This document shows, piece after piece, positions 1-8,291 of a stretch of 64,000 bases of DNA. The position numbers and the translations under genes were made by a program. The notes beneath the pieces were generated by a model. The model did not search any database. It was not told where the DNA came from and saw only the letters and a program-made list of their open reading frames with translations. Source of the DNA: Thainema sp. (GTDB lineage: Bacteria > Cyanobacteriota > Cyanobacteriia > Phormidesmidales > Phormidesmidaceae); NCBI GenBank assembly GCA_052168235.1, contig JBQLZK010000018.1, forward strand, positions 21,843-85,842. Reading direction: 5' to 3'. Every line of letters begins with the position of its first letter. Position 1 is the stretch's first letter.

Positions 1-623
1 AGATTGAGTATCCGGCTCCGGCGGATCATGACCCGCTGACGATGCATTTGGAGTTGGGCATGGTGAAGAACGGCTACGCCTGGAATTTCCCTAAGGCGGA
101 TGGCTATTCCATTGGTGCGGGCGCATTTCGCAGCAAGAGCAAGGGACAAGACTATCGGCCAATTCTAGAGCAGTACGCCGCCAGTTTTAATATCGATCCA
201 GAAGCGGCGCGGCGCTGTGGTCATCCGATCTGCGTTTGGAATGGCGACCAGGTGCTTCACACGCAGCAGGCGCTCTTGGTGGGCGAGGCGGCCTGTGTGG
301 TCGATCCGTTTACGGCTGAGGGAATTCGACCGTCCATGTATAGCGGCGTGAAAGCTGCCGAGGCAATTGATGGTGTGATGACGGGACGAGTTGAATCTCT
401 AGCAACCTATAGCCAGGTGATGCAGCGAACTTGGGGAACGGAAATGCGCTGGGCACAGCGGCTAGCAGGGGCATTTTATCGGCTGCCAGCAGTGAGCTAT
501 CGCGTTGGAGTAAAGCGGCCTTCGGCACCGCATACGATGGGCAGAATTTTCTGCGGAACGCTGCACTATAGTGATGCGGTTGACCGAGCATTGAAGCGGT
601 TAAGCGGTGGTTTGATTCGATAG
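1..623 (+). CDS. Geranylgeranyl reductase family FAD-dependent oxidoreductase (5'-truncated by window edge)
   Basis: Frame open from window start; GYAWNFPK and LLVGEAACVVDPFTAEGIRPSMYSG motifs typical of the GGR family. Confidence 0.85.
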   Translation, partial: IEYPAPADHDPLTMHLELGMVKNGYAWNFPKADGYSIGAGAFRSKSKGQDYRPILEQYAASFNIDPEAARRCGHPICVWNGDQVLHTQQALLVGEAACVVDPFTAEGIRPSMYSGVKAAEAIDGVMTGRVESLATYSQVMQRTWGTEMRWAQRLAGAFYRLPAVSYRVGVKRPSAPHTMGRIFCGTLHYSDAVDRALKRLSGGLIR

Positions 624-675
624 GTTTGGTACAAGTGCGAAGTAAAACTGCGATCGCACCTCTCTTTCAAATCAT

Positions 676-742
676 AAACCCCAAATTATTGGTTGCAAAA
701 GTCAGGCCAAGCCTAGCTTTCACAACCAATAATTTGGGGTTT
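676..742. terminator. Long hairpin between convergent genes (bidirectional terminator or hairpin element)
   Basis: AAACCCCAAATTATTGGTTG ... CAACCAATAATTTGGGGTTT, 20-bp perfect arms. Confidence 0.65.
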
Positions 743-759
743 TCTAGTCAGATTCGGTA

Positions 760-1086
760 TTACATATACATCAGGACTTTAATTTTAGTCAATTTGTCGC
801 TGGTTAATCCTTCCAAATCATTGAGCTGTATCCAGCCTTCTTTTGTAAGTCGGGATAACGTAAAAAGTAAGGCGGATTCTTGATCATCGTATTTGCCATC
901 TATGTCATGACGCCTCGCATTCAAGAAGTCATTCAACTGCCATAAATGCTCAATTTGCGCGACTTGGCTAACCTTATCTTTGACTGTTTCAATTAGAACG
1001 GCAATTTCGCGTTCGTGGGCTTTGTTGAAGGCTGCCTTAGCAATTTCTTGCTCTTGTGGTGACCATGTAGCTGTACTCTTTGACAT
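760..1086 (-). CDS. frp: Fluorescence recovery protein
   Basis: 108 aa; WS..E.EIA..AF, LWQLNDFLNARRHDIDGKYD, EGW motifs; downstream of ocp. Confidence 0.92.
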   Translation of the reverse strand: MSKSTATWSPQEQEIAKAAFNKAHEREIAVLIETVKDKVSQVAQIEHLWQLNDFLNARRHDIDGKYDDQESALLFTLSRLTKEGWIQLNDLEGLTSDKLTKIKVLMYM

Positions 1087-1126
1087 GAAATAAATTTGAT
1101 ATATGAGAATTATTTACATTTCTTTA

Positions 1127-1924
1127 TTATAGTCTAAGATGCCCAAGATGTTGAGGGGAATGGCTCTGGCGGTGGACAGCAGGTAGTCGATACCACGGCA
1201 CATCAGGGTAGGTATGATGCTCCCAGTGGTAGCCAAAATGATAGCAAGCTAAAAATGACCACAGCGGTGAATAGGAAACGCTATGGATATAAATCTCGGA
1301 ATTTGGAGCTGAGCCATGTTGATTTGGGGCTTTGTGAGGGAGGTAAGTGCCAAAGAAAAATAGCTGAATAGAGCTGAGAATCAGTGGCAGCAACCAGAAC
1401 AGCAAAATGTTGATCCAAGTAATCTGAAACAGGCTGCTGAGAACTACGAAGAAAAGACTGCCGCTAGCTATAAACCCTATAATTTGTCGAATCGGAAAAT
1501 AGGCTCGCATAAAGTTTAGATACCAGCAGAAAGGATGTGAATCGCTGCCCTGGAAATCGGGATCATTGGGTGTGGCGGTTTGGTTATGATGCTGCCAATG
1601 ATTTTTATGGCAGTCACTATAACTGAGAAAGGCATAGAGCCATAGTGCAATCTGCCCTATCCAACGATTCATCAACTTGCTCTGCGGCAGTAAGTTGCAG
1701 TGAATTGCATCATGAGCAATCACAAACAGCCCCGTATGAAGAAATGTCCGCCCCAAAACAGCGCCAATTATCAACCATATTGGTTCAGTATTTAGCGATG
1801 TAGTCAGTAGCTGGATTAGGCTGCCTATCCACAAGCTAATCAGGATTCCGGCGAACAAAGCCCCGATCCAAGTTGTGCGAATGGTGTGTTGGCTTGGCAG
1901 GTTTGATAATTTTTTGGTTTGCAT
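1127..1924 (-). CDS. crtW: Beta-carotene ketolase (fatty acid desaturase superfamily)
   Basis: TGLFVIAHDAIH, HWQHH, DPDF, QLFFFGTYLPH and CYHFGYHWEHH His boxes; lies between ocp and frp. Confidence 0.85.
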   Translation of the reverse strand: MQTKKLSNLPSQHTIRTTWIGALFAGILISLWIGSLIQLLTTSLNTEPIWLIIGAVLGRTFLHTGLFVIAHDAIHCNLLPQSKLMNRWIGQIALWLYAFLSYSDCHKNHWQHHNQTATPNDPDFQGSDSHPFCWYLNFMRAYFPIRQIIGFIASGSLFFVVLSSLFQITWINILLFWLLPLILSSIQLFFFGTYLPHKAPNQHGSAPNSEIYIHSVSYSPLWSFLACYHFGYHWEHHTYPDVPWYRLPAVHRQSHSPQHLGHLRL

Positions 1925-1976
1925 ATTTATTGTTCAGAACCGAGGTTGTGCAGGTTCCTCAACCACACCTTAAATA

Positions 1977-2005
1977 AGAAAGCACCCAAATACAGGGTGC
2001 TTTCT
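1977..2005 (-). terminator. Hairpin terminator/attenuator after ocp
   Basis: AGAAAGCACCC-7 nt-GGGTGCTTTCT followed on the minus strand by TATTT. Confidence 0.65.
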
Positions 2006-2053
2006 CACGCTTGCTCTACGTAATCCCTAATAATTCAAACCAGTGATCAGGAA

Positions 2054-3013
2054 TTAACGTGTTAGATTGAGCAGTTCTTTGGGTGAAGCTAACAAGTCAA
2101 TTGCAACGAAAAAGATCTTGTTCTCTGGTGTCAGCAAAAATCGCCATGCGATGTTCATGCCGACATTAGCGCCAAACCAAGGGGTTTGTACTTTGCCCGT
2201 TACTTTGACTTGAGTGAATCCTTCTTCCGCAGGTTCAGCTACGCCGCGCTCTGGTATCAACTTTAAGTTTTGGCATTCCTGTCTAAAGAATTGGAAGATC
2301 GCATCTTTGCCAACGATGGGGCGGCGGAAAGGTGGTTGTAGTGCTCCATCGGGGGTGAATAACTCAATTAAGGCATTGAAGTCATTGGCATTGAGGTTGT
2401 TCATGTAGTCTATGACCGTCTGATTGGTCAGACCCTCAATGCTAACCTTTTCGCGTTTAGACGCTTCCGTTGGTGCAACTGCGGGTTCTAGCACAACTTT
2501 GTAGTCTTTGATCTGGGCTGGATCAAAGCCAAAGTCAACGACAGCATTGCGTAGTACTGTAATTTGCTGACCCGGTTCTAGGCCGCGCATCGTTTCTAAA
2601 ACGGCAGAAGCATTGGCGGATAGCTGATATCCGGGGGGAATGGGAGCGACTAGCCCTTGATCCATCCACTCGGCTAGCTTATACCAGAAGCCAAGTTTCA
2701 GATTTTGAGACCATGTTGCATAAGTGCGGCAGATGGGGGTGTCAGCATGATTGGCTAAGTCATACATGACCTGTGTTTGCTCAGTAAAGGACATGTCCTT
2801 GATTTGATTGAGCGTGTTTTCTGCAAACTGCATCGGAGCAGCGCCCAAGGCAGCAGGAGTCACCGACTTGCCCATTTCCAGATAAGCAAACCAGATCAAC
2901 GCTAACTGATCTTCTGTGTTGAGCTGACCAAATCTAGCAATTGTTGCGGGGACAACATCTGCTGTCAGAGTCTCAGGAAAGATGTTACGTGCTGAATCAA
3001 CTGTATATGTCAT
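2054..3013 (-). CDS. ocp: Orange carotenoid protein (OCP1-type, FRP-associated)
   Basis: 319 aa; DSARNIFPETLTADVVPA, EDQLALIWFAY, KVTGKVQTPWFGANVGMNIAWRFLL, IFFVAIDLLASPKELLNL. Confidence 0.97.
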   Translation of the reverse strand: MTYTVDSARNIFPETLTADVVPATIARFGQLNTEDQLALIWFAYLEMGKSVTPAALGAAPMQFAENTLNQIKDMSFTEQTQVMYDLANHADTPICRTYATWSQNLKLGFWYKLAEWMDQGLVAPIPPGYQLSANASAVLETMRGLEPGQQITVLRNAVVDFGFDPAQIKDYKVVLEPAVAPTEASKREKVSIEGLTNQTVIDYMNNLNANDFNALIELFTPDGALQPPFRRPIVGKDAIFQFFRQECQNLKLIPERGVAEPAEEGFTQVKVTGKVQTPWFGANVGMNIAWRFLLTPENKIFFVAIDLLASPKELLNLTR

Positions 3014-3199
3014 GAGTTACTCGATGAATAATCGTCTGGTGAACGTCAGTTATGAGTTAAAGATCAACCCAGCCAGGCGTGAGAGTCTAAATCAGGATTG
3101 GGCTAGTGAGCAAAGATTAGACTTCTCATGCGGCCAAACTATAGTGAGATTGTCTAAGAAGAATTTGCCAGCGCACGTTTTGGTGCTCTGCAAATTTGC

Positions 3200-3237
3200 G
3201 TAACATATATCTACATTACGTTACATAACGTAACATA
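3200..3237. promoter_or_regulatory. Four HLR1-like (RpaB-type) octamers at 10-bp period upstream of ocp
   Basis: GTAACATA(3200)-ta-TCTACATT(3210)-ac-GTTACATA(3220)-ac-GTAACATA(3230); each is at most one mismatch from (G/T)TTACA(T/A)(T/A). Confidence 0.6.
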
Positions 3238-3316
3238 CAAAGGTATTTGTGTCTAATGAACTAAATTTCTGGAGCGGGTGTGCATCTCGTAAATAGCCCA
3301 CAAACCCTAAGAGAGG

Positions 3317-3620
3317 CGAGATCGCACTTCTCTATCTCCAACCTCTGAACCTGCGATCTCACTTTTTCCTCTACTCCCACAGATCAATCCTGCGATCGCA
3401 CTTCTCTATCCTCAACTTCCAATACTGCGATCGCATTTTTCCGGCAATCCCACAGATCAATCCTGCGATCGCACTTCTCTATCTCCAACCTCTGAACCTG
3501 CGATCGCACTTTCCTCTGCAATCCCACAGATCAAAACTGCGATCGCACTTCTCTATCTCCAACATCTGAACCTGCGATCGCACTTCTTCTGCAATCTCAC
3601 AGATCAATACTGCGATCGCA
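3317..3620. repeat. HIP1-anchored dimeric tandem array (alternating 35-bp and 38/39-bp units)
   Basis: TGCGATCGCA or a variant at 3317, 3352, 3391, 3426, 3464, 3499, 3538, 3573, 3611. Confidence 0.92.
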
Positions 3621-3687
3621 GTATGGAAAGCTGTTTTGGCTTGGTTGAAATGCTGTGAACTGCTCTTGAGTTAAGCTTTGCTGTGGC

Positions 3688-3960
3688 GGAATAAGGATTA
3701 GCGGCTCAGCAATGAGCAGTTGCTGGTTTTGCTTATCGGTTAAGGCCAAACCCATAAGCGTTAGTGGCTAAGCAATAAGCGTTTTGAGGTTTTGCTTATG
3801 CGTTAGCGCTAAATCTATAAGCAGTTGCTGCTGGGCAATAAGCAGTTGCTAATTTTGCTTATACGTTAGCGGCAAATCTATAAGCGTTAGCTGTTGTGCA
3901 ATAAGCAGTTGCTGGTTTTGCTTATACATTAATGTCGAACCGATAAGCGTTAGCGGCAAG
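3688..3960. repeat. Degenerate 21-bp tandem array with 63-bp higher-order period
   Basis: GCAAT(A/G)AGC at 3709/3772/3835/3898; TTTTGCTTAT at 3727/3790/3853/3916; ATAAG at 3691/3754/3817/3880/3943. Confidence 0.88.
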
Positions 3961-4178
3961 TGAGAAATGCATTCCTGCTGAGGAGTAAACGATTGCTGCT
4001 TGGCAATCAAGGTTAGGCTATTGTGCGATCGCACTTTTCACTGTCGAGTAGAGAAATAAAGCTGCTTTTTCAAAACTAAAGAGTTTATCAAGAGGCTTCA
4101 TGAAATTTATGTTTGAGCCACAGCAGAGCTTTGATATGGCAGCATTAACTAAGTAGCGCTGAAGTCAAAACAAAACTT

Positions 4179-4793
4179 ATGACCCAGTCTGAAAAATCAA
4201 CAGCTCGGTTTCGCTCAGCTACAGAATTTCCTCAGAGTGTGCAGGAGCTAGAACGTGCCGAAGCTGATGCGCTTTATGTAGAGATGCGAGACTGCTTGAT
4301 TTTCACCAATCGCAGCCGATCTCAGCTTGTACGCCGGAACCAAGAACATAAGGAAAAAGCACTAGTTCTACAAGAAGATGTACAGCGACTCCAGGGAATG
4401 ATTTCCCGACTCACATCTGAAAAGCAGCTCATTACCCAGGCAAACCAAGATATCATTCAGGCGTTAGAAGCAGAGATGGCAACGATGTCGTCTCATCTGA
4501 ACGAACTGTCTGGTGCTTTTGATGATATTGCCGATATAGAAACGGCTGGACAGGCACAATGGGGATTTATGGCTGCCCCGTCTCGTTTCTTCCGCTTTTT
4601 GAGAGCTGTTAAAGCAATTGTGCTGTGGTGGCGAGAAGATCAATCTGATGCTGATGGAAGTACAGCGTTTTCGGCCAAACCTGATGCTCCAGCACTTCCG
4701 GGTGAGGTTGTTGATGAAGATCAAGATCGGTTAGACCGTCCTCAGATGTATTCAGATCAGGCTTCTGTTAATCGGTCGCTATTGGATCGCTAA
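4179..4793 (+). CDS. Hypothetical coiled-coil protein
   Basis: 204-aa ORF with long heptad-rich helix, amphipathic RFFRFLRAVKAIVLWW segment and acidic tail. Confidence 0.75.
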   Translation: MTQSEKSTARFRSATEFPQSVQELERAEADALYVEMRDCLIFTNRSRSQLVRRNQEHKEKALVLQEDVQRLQGMISRLTSEKQLITQANQDIIQALEAEMATMSSHLNELSGAFDDIADIETAGQAQWGFMAAPSRFFRFLRAVKAIVLWWREDQSDADGSTAFSAKPDAPALPGEVVDEDQDRLDRPQMYSDQASVNRSLLDR

Positions 4794-4797
4794 AACA

Positions 4798-5196
4798 ATG
4801 GGTAAACAACGAGTTCAACAGCTACTGGATCAGCTCAAGGAGAATCAGGCCAAAGACATCGAAAACGCGGCTGCTATCTATACAGTTGCTCAAGTTGCCG
4901 TTAATGCTCTGAATGAGTCAACTAATGAGTCGTCTGCACCTCAGCTAAGTGCTTCTGCTTTACCTACTGTTGCATCGATAACGAAGGCTGATTTGCTAGA
5001 ACGGTACGGTTCGTTTAATGACTGTCGTAAAGCAGCTAAGGCTTTAGGAATCAAGTTTAGCAAGACGCCATCCTGGGATAAGTTAGAGGCTGCTTTTAGC
5101 TATCGTGTAGCTTGTCATCAACTGGTTCAAAGTTATCTAGCGGCATATCCAAATGAGCACCTAAATAATGTCTCTTTGGAAATTCCTTTGTATTAA
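4798..5196 (+). CDS. Hypothetical protein, probably co-transcribed with 4179..4793
   Basis: 132 aa, starts 4 nt after the upstream stop; N-terminal helix, linker and small basic helical C-terminal domain. Confidence 0.75.
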   Translation: MGKQRVQQLLDQLKENQAKDIENAAAIYTVAQVAVNALNESTNESSAPQLSASALPTVASITKADLLERYGSFNDCRKAAKALGIKFSKTPSWDKLEAAFSYRVACHQLVQSYLAAYPNEHLNNVSLEIPLY

Positions 5197-5216
5197 ATAC
5201 CCTTTGTAGTTCTTTT

Positions 5217-5275
5217 GTAGGTTGGGTTGAAGCATGAAACCCAACGAGCGTATGGTTCGCGTCAACTCAACCTAC
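5217..5275. repeat. GTAG-type REP-like inverted repeat
   Basis: GTAGGTTGGGTTGA ... TCAACTCAACCTAC, with internal GTTGGGTT/AACCCAAC hairpin. Confidence 0.7.
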
Positions 5276-5384
5276 ACAATTTGAGATCGCAACCTCTTCC
5301 ATCGTGGAACTGCGATCTCACTACACGAGAGATATAAGTACTCTAATTAATAGACTTTATTTGTTGCATGTAATTAAAGCTAAA

Positions 5385-6479
5385 ATGGCCAATCAGATAA
5401 CTAAGAATCAACACTATATTCCCCGCTTTCTACTAAACAACTTTGGTTGGAGAGCAAATAAAACAAATAGGATAAACATAATTGACATCAACCGTTTTAC
5501 TGCGAGATATGATCAGTCGATAGCAAAAAACTTTTCTCAAAATTACTTTTACGATAGAGATAATTCTGTCGAAAATTGTTTGCAGAAGTACATTGAAGAT
5601 CCTGCTTGCGGAAGTATCAGAAAAATTCTTGATGGAGAGACTTCAATATCTATTGAAGATCGCCATGCCATTCTTATATTTGTCTCCGTACTTTACTTCC
5701 GTACTGTTGAAGCCACGGAGAAGGCTCTTTCCTTCATGGAATCATTTTATCAGTCAATAGTTGAGCAAATAGTGGCTCTCAATGGCTTCAATCCAGATCA
5801 CACTCCAAGGCTGAAAATCAATCTTCAAAATCCTAGTGATTTGACTTCCAGAATGGTTTTTCAAGGATTTATTGATGCAAAAATATTAATAGATCTGGAT
5901 CTTCATATTATTAAAAATAATTCTGACCTAGGTTTTTGCATATCTGATCATCCAGTATTTTTGTACAACTGGTTTTATAAAGACTTAAAGCACCCAGCTG
6001 TAACCAGTCTAACTGCAAAAGGCTTACAAATTTTCTTGCCAATATCACCTAACCTACTAATTCTTTTGTACGATTCAGACACCTATAAAGTTGGCAAAAA
6101 GAATTCAAGTATAACCGAGTCCGAAGATATTAATGATGTTGAAATCTTGAATTCGTTCCAGCTGTTGAACTCAAGATCTATAATAGGTTTTCGCAATCAA
6201 ACGGATGAAATTAGCTTAATGAAGCTTCTCCGTAAAAACAAAATGAATAAAATATATGAGCACAAGAGTGCTACTTCTCGGGTAGAAGACGACTTAACGG
6301 GAGAAATTAAAACAAATCATCTTGTTTTCACAGATCAACTCAAAATAAAGAAAATGCCATCATTTATAACAATAAGGAAAGACGCGAGGAAAGATTTATC
6401 TTCCTTTTATGAAAGAAATCCGGCTCTCTCTGCCATACATCAAAGTTATAGAAATAAGATCTTACGAGCAGAAAACTGA
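5385..6479 (+). CDS. DUF4238 domain protein (candidate antiphage gene)
   Basis: N-terminal TKNQHYIPRFLLNNF, NYFY, F.ISDHPV and IFLPISPNLLILL motifs; visibly AT-rich; start placed at ATG 5385. Confidence 0.8.
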   Translation: MANQITKNQHYIPRFLLNNFGWRANKTNRINIIDINRFTARYDQSIAKNFSQNYFYDRDNSVENCLQKYIEDPACGSIRKILDGETSISIEDRHAILIFVSVLYFRTVEATEKALSFMESFYQSIVEQIVALNGFNPDHTPRLKINLQNPSDLTSRMVFQGFIDAKILIDLDLHIIKNNSDLGFCISDHPVFLYNWFYKDLKHPAVTSLTAKGLQIFLPISPNLLILLYDSDTYKVGKKNSSITESEDINDVEILNSFQLLNSRSIIGFRNQTDEISLMKLLRKNKMNKIYEHKSATSRVEDDLTGEIKTNHLVFTDQLKIKKMPSFITIRKDARKDLSSFYERNPALSAIHQSYRNKILRAEN

Positions 6480-6543
6480 ATTTAAGTTGCTTGTCAATAT
6501 AATCCTAGAATCCTTTCTAATCGTCTCTGTCAATGAACCTGTA

Positions 6544-6572
6544 TTGACTCCAAAAGCCAAATCCCGTACTGT
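6544..6572 (+). promoter_or_regulatory. Sigma70-type promoter
   Basis: TTGACT (6544-6549), 17-nt spacer, TACTGT (6567-6572). Confidence 0.6.
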
Positions 6573-6579
6573 GAAACGT

Positions 6580-6781
6580 TAAGTTGCCTTGGCAACATCA
6601 CCTGCAACGGCAACTGGATACCAAAAATCTAGTCAGCGCTACCCAGAGTTGCGGCAACAACCCTGGATAGCTAACCCCCGGTTGGCGTAGGCAACGCGGA
6701 GGCTTGAGGGATCATAACCCAGAGCCACCCTGCATTGCACTTCAGGATTGCGGGGTGGCTAGGTTTTTGGCTTTCCTCTCG
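6580..6781 (+). ncRNA. Candidate structured leader RNA / cis-regulatory ncRNA
   Basis: Consecutive hairpins: GTTGCC-TT-GGCAAC; GCTACCCAGAGTTG...CAACCCTGGATAGC; CCGGTTG...CAACGCGG; AGCCACCCTGCA...TGCGGGGTGGCT inside GAGGGA...TTCCTC. Confidence 0.45.
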
Positions 6782-6806
6782 AAAGTCAAAAACACAAGGA
6801 AACACA

Positions 6807-7091
6807 ATGACATACCTCTTCCTCGGTGCTGCCTCTGAAGCAGCACCACAACCCGCTGCGACCATTCCCAATCAACCAACTCGCGATGGTCGCCATCCCC
6901 TGCGGATTATCCTGCTCGGCACCCGTCCTGACATCATTGTCACCATCAAAAACCTGCATCGGCGCGGCTTTGCCGAAGCCAACGAATGGAGCCAGCCCAT
7001 CCCCTGCCCCAGTGCCGGAGACGTAGCGCGCATCCTGGCTCAGCGCCATCCCGACGACCAAATCAGCATCCTCACCCGCCATCTCAGCTAA
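6807..7091 (+). CDS. Small cyanobacterial hypothetical protein (94 aa)
   Basis: AAGGA RBS 6 nt before ATG 6807; LRIILLG...TIKNLHRRGFAEANEWS...ISILTR resembles a recurrent cyanobacterial small-protein family (from memory). Confidence 0.7.
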   Translation: MTYLFLGAASEAAPQPAATIPNQPTRDGRHPLRIILLGTRPDIIVTIKNLHRRGFAEANEWSQPIPCPSAGDVARILAQRHPDDQISILTRHLS

Positions 7092-7113
7092 TCGGTTGAA
7101 GTTGAGATATCCC

Positions 7114-7179
7114 AGAAACCGGGTTTCTTGTTTCGCGTATTTTGTATAACCAAATGCTTGCGACAGAAACTCGGTTTCT
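7114..7179. repeat. Paired AGAAACCGGGTTTCT-type palindromes (REP-like doublet)
   Basis: AGAAACCGGGTTTCT at 7114-7128 and AGAAACTCGGTTTCT at 7165-7179. Confidence 0.65.
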
Positions 7180-7292
7180 AGATCTAGATAGAGAAGCATT
7201 TCCACCACCTGATGGAGTGCGATCGCATCCTGAATTTTTTAGAGTTTAGGAATAGAAACGTTGCCCCAATACAAGTTACAGATACAAAGTTA

Positions 7293-8264
7293 ATGTCCTA
7301 TCGATTTAAAAAGCAGGAAGCCGTTCCAATTGGTATTAAACGCATCGCTGACGAACAGATTGAGTCGTCCATTCATCAGCTCACGCGCAGTATCAAAGCC
7401 AATCGAGATGAAGCCATTCACAGCGCTCGCAAACACTTCAAAAAACTGCGAGCACTCGTTCGATTACTGCGGGATGATGTTGGCCACGATGCCTACAAGC
7501 AAGAAAACGTCTGCTTCCGCGATGCGGGTCGCGAACTGTCTGACGTGCGTGATGCCCAAGTGCGCGTCGAAACCCTCGACGACCTGCTCGATCACTATCA
7601 GGACACGATCAAACCTAAGCAGTTTGATCAGATTCGCCAAGTTCTCGTCGATGCCTACGAGACGGCCCGCAAATCCGCAGCGCCCAATAAAAAAGAAATT
7701 GCCGACATCGTGTCCGATCTAGAAGCCGCCCAAGCCCGGATTCAAGCCTGGGGCATCAACGACGAATGGGCCGCGCTTCAGGGCGGACTGCACCGAGTTT
7801 ATAAGCGAGGCTATCAAGACTTCTTCCAGGCGTGCGAACAGCCCACTTCCGAGAATTTACACGAATGGCGCAAGCGGGTGAAATATCTCTGGTACCACCT
7901 GCGAATTCTGTCCCCGATGTGGCCCAAGCCGCTGAAGGTACTGAAAAAGCAGACCAAGAAACTGGCTGACCTACTGGGCGATGATCACGACCTTGCCGTG
8001 CTGCGGACATTTATTAGCGATGACCCAGAAGCGTTTGCCGATGACGATCAGCTCGGCGTCCTGCTGGCCCTGATTCAGCGGCGACAGATTGAACTACAGA
8101 CCAAGGCTCGGTTCTTGGGTCAGCGGATCTACGCAGAAAAGCCCAAAGCATTTGTTAAACGGATGGGCAGTTACTGGCAGGCACGGCAAACCGAGATGGC
8201 GCAGCCGCCCGTACCGATGTCTAAATCATCCGGTCGCAGCACATTTGAATTCACCAATGTTTAA
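7293..8264 (+). CDS. CHAD domain protein (polyphosphate-binding family)
   Basis: AIHSARKHFKKLRALVRL, LSDVRDAQV, LHEWRKRVKYLWY, LLGDDHDLAVL. Confidence 0.9.
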   Translation: MSYRFKKQEAVPIGIKRIADEQIESSIHQLTRSIKANRDEAIHSARKHFKKLRALVRLLRDDVGHDAYKQENVCFRDAGRELSDVRDAQVRVETLDDLLDHYQDTIKPKQFDQIRQVLVDAYETARKSAAPNKKEIADIVSDLEAAQARIQAWGINDEWAALQGGLHRVYKRGYQDFFQACEQPTSENLHEWRKRVKYLWYHLRILSPMWPKPLKVLKKQTKKLADLLGDDHDLAVLRTFISDDPEAFADDDQLGVLLALIQRRQIELQTKARFLGQRIYAEKPKAFVKRMGSYWQARQTEMAQPPVPMSKSSGRSTFEFTNV

Positions 8265-8291
8265 CGACTCTGTCAGTGGATGATGCCTATC

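Noticed and set aside
3317..3620. CRISPR array
   Set aside because: The constant part is only the 10-bp HIP1, the intervening sequences alternate between two near-identical types, and there are no cas genes
3849..4034. 61-aa ORF as a real gene
   Set aside because: Arises from the 21-bp repeat; the same frame continues through in-frame stops
5304..5384. N-terminal extension of the DUF4238 gene
   Set aside because: The family motif starts right after ATG 5385
6786..7208. 140-aa minus-strand ORF
   Set aside because: Antisense shadow of 6807..7091, which has the RBS, promoter and family-like motif
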